A stretch of 44,224 nucleotides of DNA from Lachnospiraceae bacterium (lineage in GTDB: Bacteria > Bacillota > Clostridia > Lachnospirales > Lachnospiraceae). The DNA lies in the NCBI GenBank assembly GCA_024695205.1, contig JAILIQ010000054.1, positions 1 through 44,224 of the forward strand. The letters run 5' to 3'. The notes below the pieces were generated by a model. The model worked only from the letters and a program-made list of their open reading frames with translations. It was not told the origin of the DNA and searched no databases. This document shows, piece after piece, positions 43,957 through 44,224 of this stretch. The position numbers and the translations under genes were made by a program. Numbering within the stretch: position 1 is the first letter of the stretch; every line of letters begins with the position of its first letter.

Positions 43957-44224
43957 ATGAGCTACGCAGAAGCAAAGGAAAAATACGCAAAACTTGGAAT
44001 TGATACGGACAAGGCGATCGAGACACTTAAGAAAGTGCCTGTAGCACTGCATTGCTGGCAGCTTGACGATGTCAAGGGCTTTGATCAGGACGGTCCGCTG
44101 ACAGGAGGTATCCAGACGACAGGTAACTATCCGGGCAAGGCGATGACACCTGAACAATTATTTGCTGATTATGAGAAGGTTTTCGAACTGACTCCGGGTA
44201 CCAAGAAGATCAATATCCATGCAA
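43957..44224 (+). CDS. rhaA: L-rhamnose isomerase, N-terminal 89 codons (3' end outside the window; absent from the ORF track because there is no stop)
   Basis: MSYAEAKEKYAKLGIDTDKAIETLKKVPVALHCWQLDDVKGFDQDGPLTGGIQTTGNYPGKAMTPEQL...KKINIHA is collinear with E. coli RhaA (SMHCWQGDDVSGF...LTGGIQATGNYPGKAR...LNLHA). RBS AGGAGGAG. Confidence 0.92.
   Translation, partial: MSYAEAKEKYAKLGIDTDKAIETLKKVPVALHCWQLDDVKGFDQDGPLTGGIQTTGNYPGKAMTPEQLFADYEKVFELTPGTKKINIHA

Noticed and set aside
43416-44157. Minus-strand ORFs 43416-43772, 43784-44026 and 43903-44157 (Phe/Tyr/Leu-rich).
   Set aside because: These are translations of the tandem repeats and of the antisense strands of rhaB and rhaA. Their periodic FYG/LWFT sequences simply reflect the 17-nt repeat. 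No RBS is present.
1-44224. Search for mobile elements, prophage, toxin-antitoxin, restriction-modification or other defence modules, and for tRNA or rRNA genes.
   Set aside because: I saw no transposase, integrase, nuclease, ATPase or methyltransferase motifs, no terminal inverted repeats and no tRNA-like cloverleaf candidates. The window appears to be purely metabolic, transport and regulatory.

Overview
This 44.2-kb window looks like a Clostridia-type Firmicute: about 50% GC, AGGAGG-type ribosome-binding sites (RBSs) and tightly packed co-directional operons. I found no rRNA, tRNA, CRISPR array, transposase, integrase or recognisable defence gene. The left part (1-7996) holds two paralogous hybrid histidine kinases flanking an HMGL-family (homocitrate / Re-citrate / isopropylmalate-type) synthase, followed by pssA and a psd-tsaC-rpiB string. 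The rest is a rhamnogalacturonan-I (RG-I) / rhamnose utilisation locus. It has counterparts of the Bacillus subtilis yes/yet/lpl cluster: a CE12 acetylesterase (YesT-like), DUF1961 (YesU-like), two tandem DUF624 genes (YesL/YesV-like), an LplA-like lipoprotein solute-binding protein (SBP) with permeases, a PL11 lyase (YesX-like), an AraC regulator, a GH2-like enzyme, a YetA-like gene, rhaB and the start of rhaA. An M32 carboxypeptidase and corA interrupt it. The part least explained by known biology is a 13-kb operon-like block (15252-28477). There, two sugar ABC importers (two SBPs, two permease pairs, no ATPase) enclose two uncharacterised surface proteins: a signal-peptide + NHL propeller + TPR + Yip1-like membrane fusion, and a 760-aa membrane-anchored unknown. 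One of the SBPs is a 978-aa TM-anchored protein with a duplicated CBM-like module. All recognisable CAZymes in the locus lack signal peptides, so these unknowns are the only candidates for surface processing. Other notable points: an in-frame TAG splits the roughly 965-aa YetA-like gene. Tandem 17-nt and 14-nt arrays carrying a (C)ATAGAAAA motif fill the rhaB-rhaA spacer. A 16-bp GATC-containing array lies upstream of rhaB. In-frame tandem-repeat insertions occur in TsaC, GH2 and the YetA-like protein. There is also an HTH-less sugar-binding-domain/GGDEF protein and a very acidic orphan protein. All family assignments come from motif recognition by eye and need HMM or BLAST confirmation.
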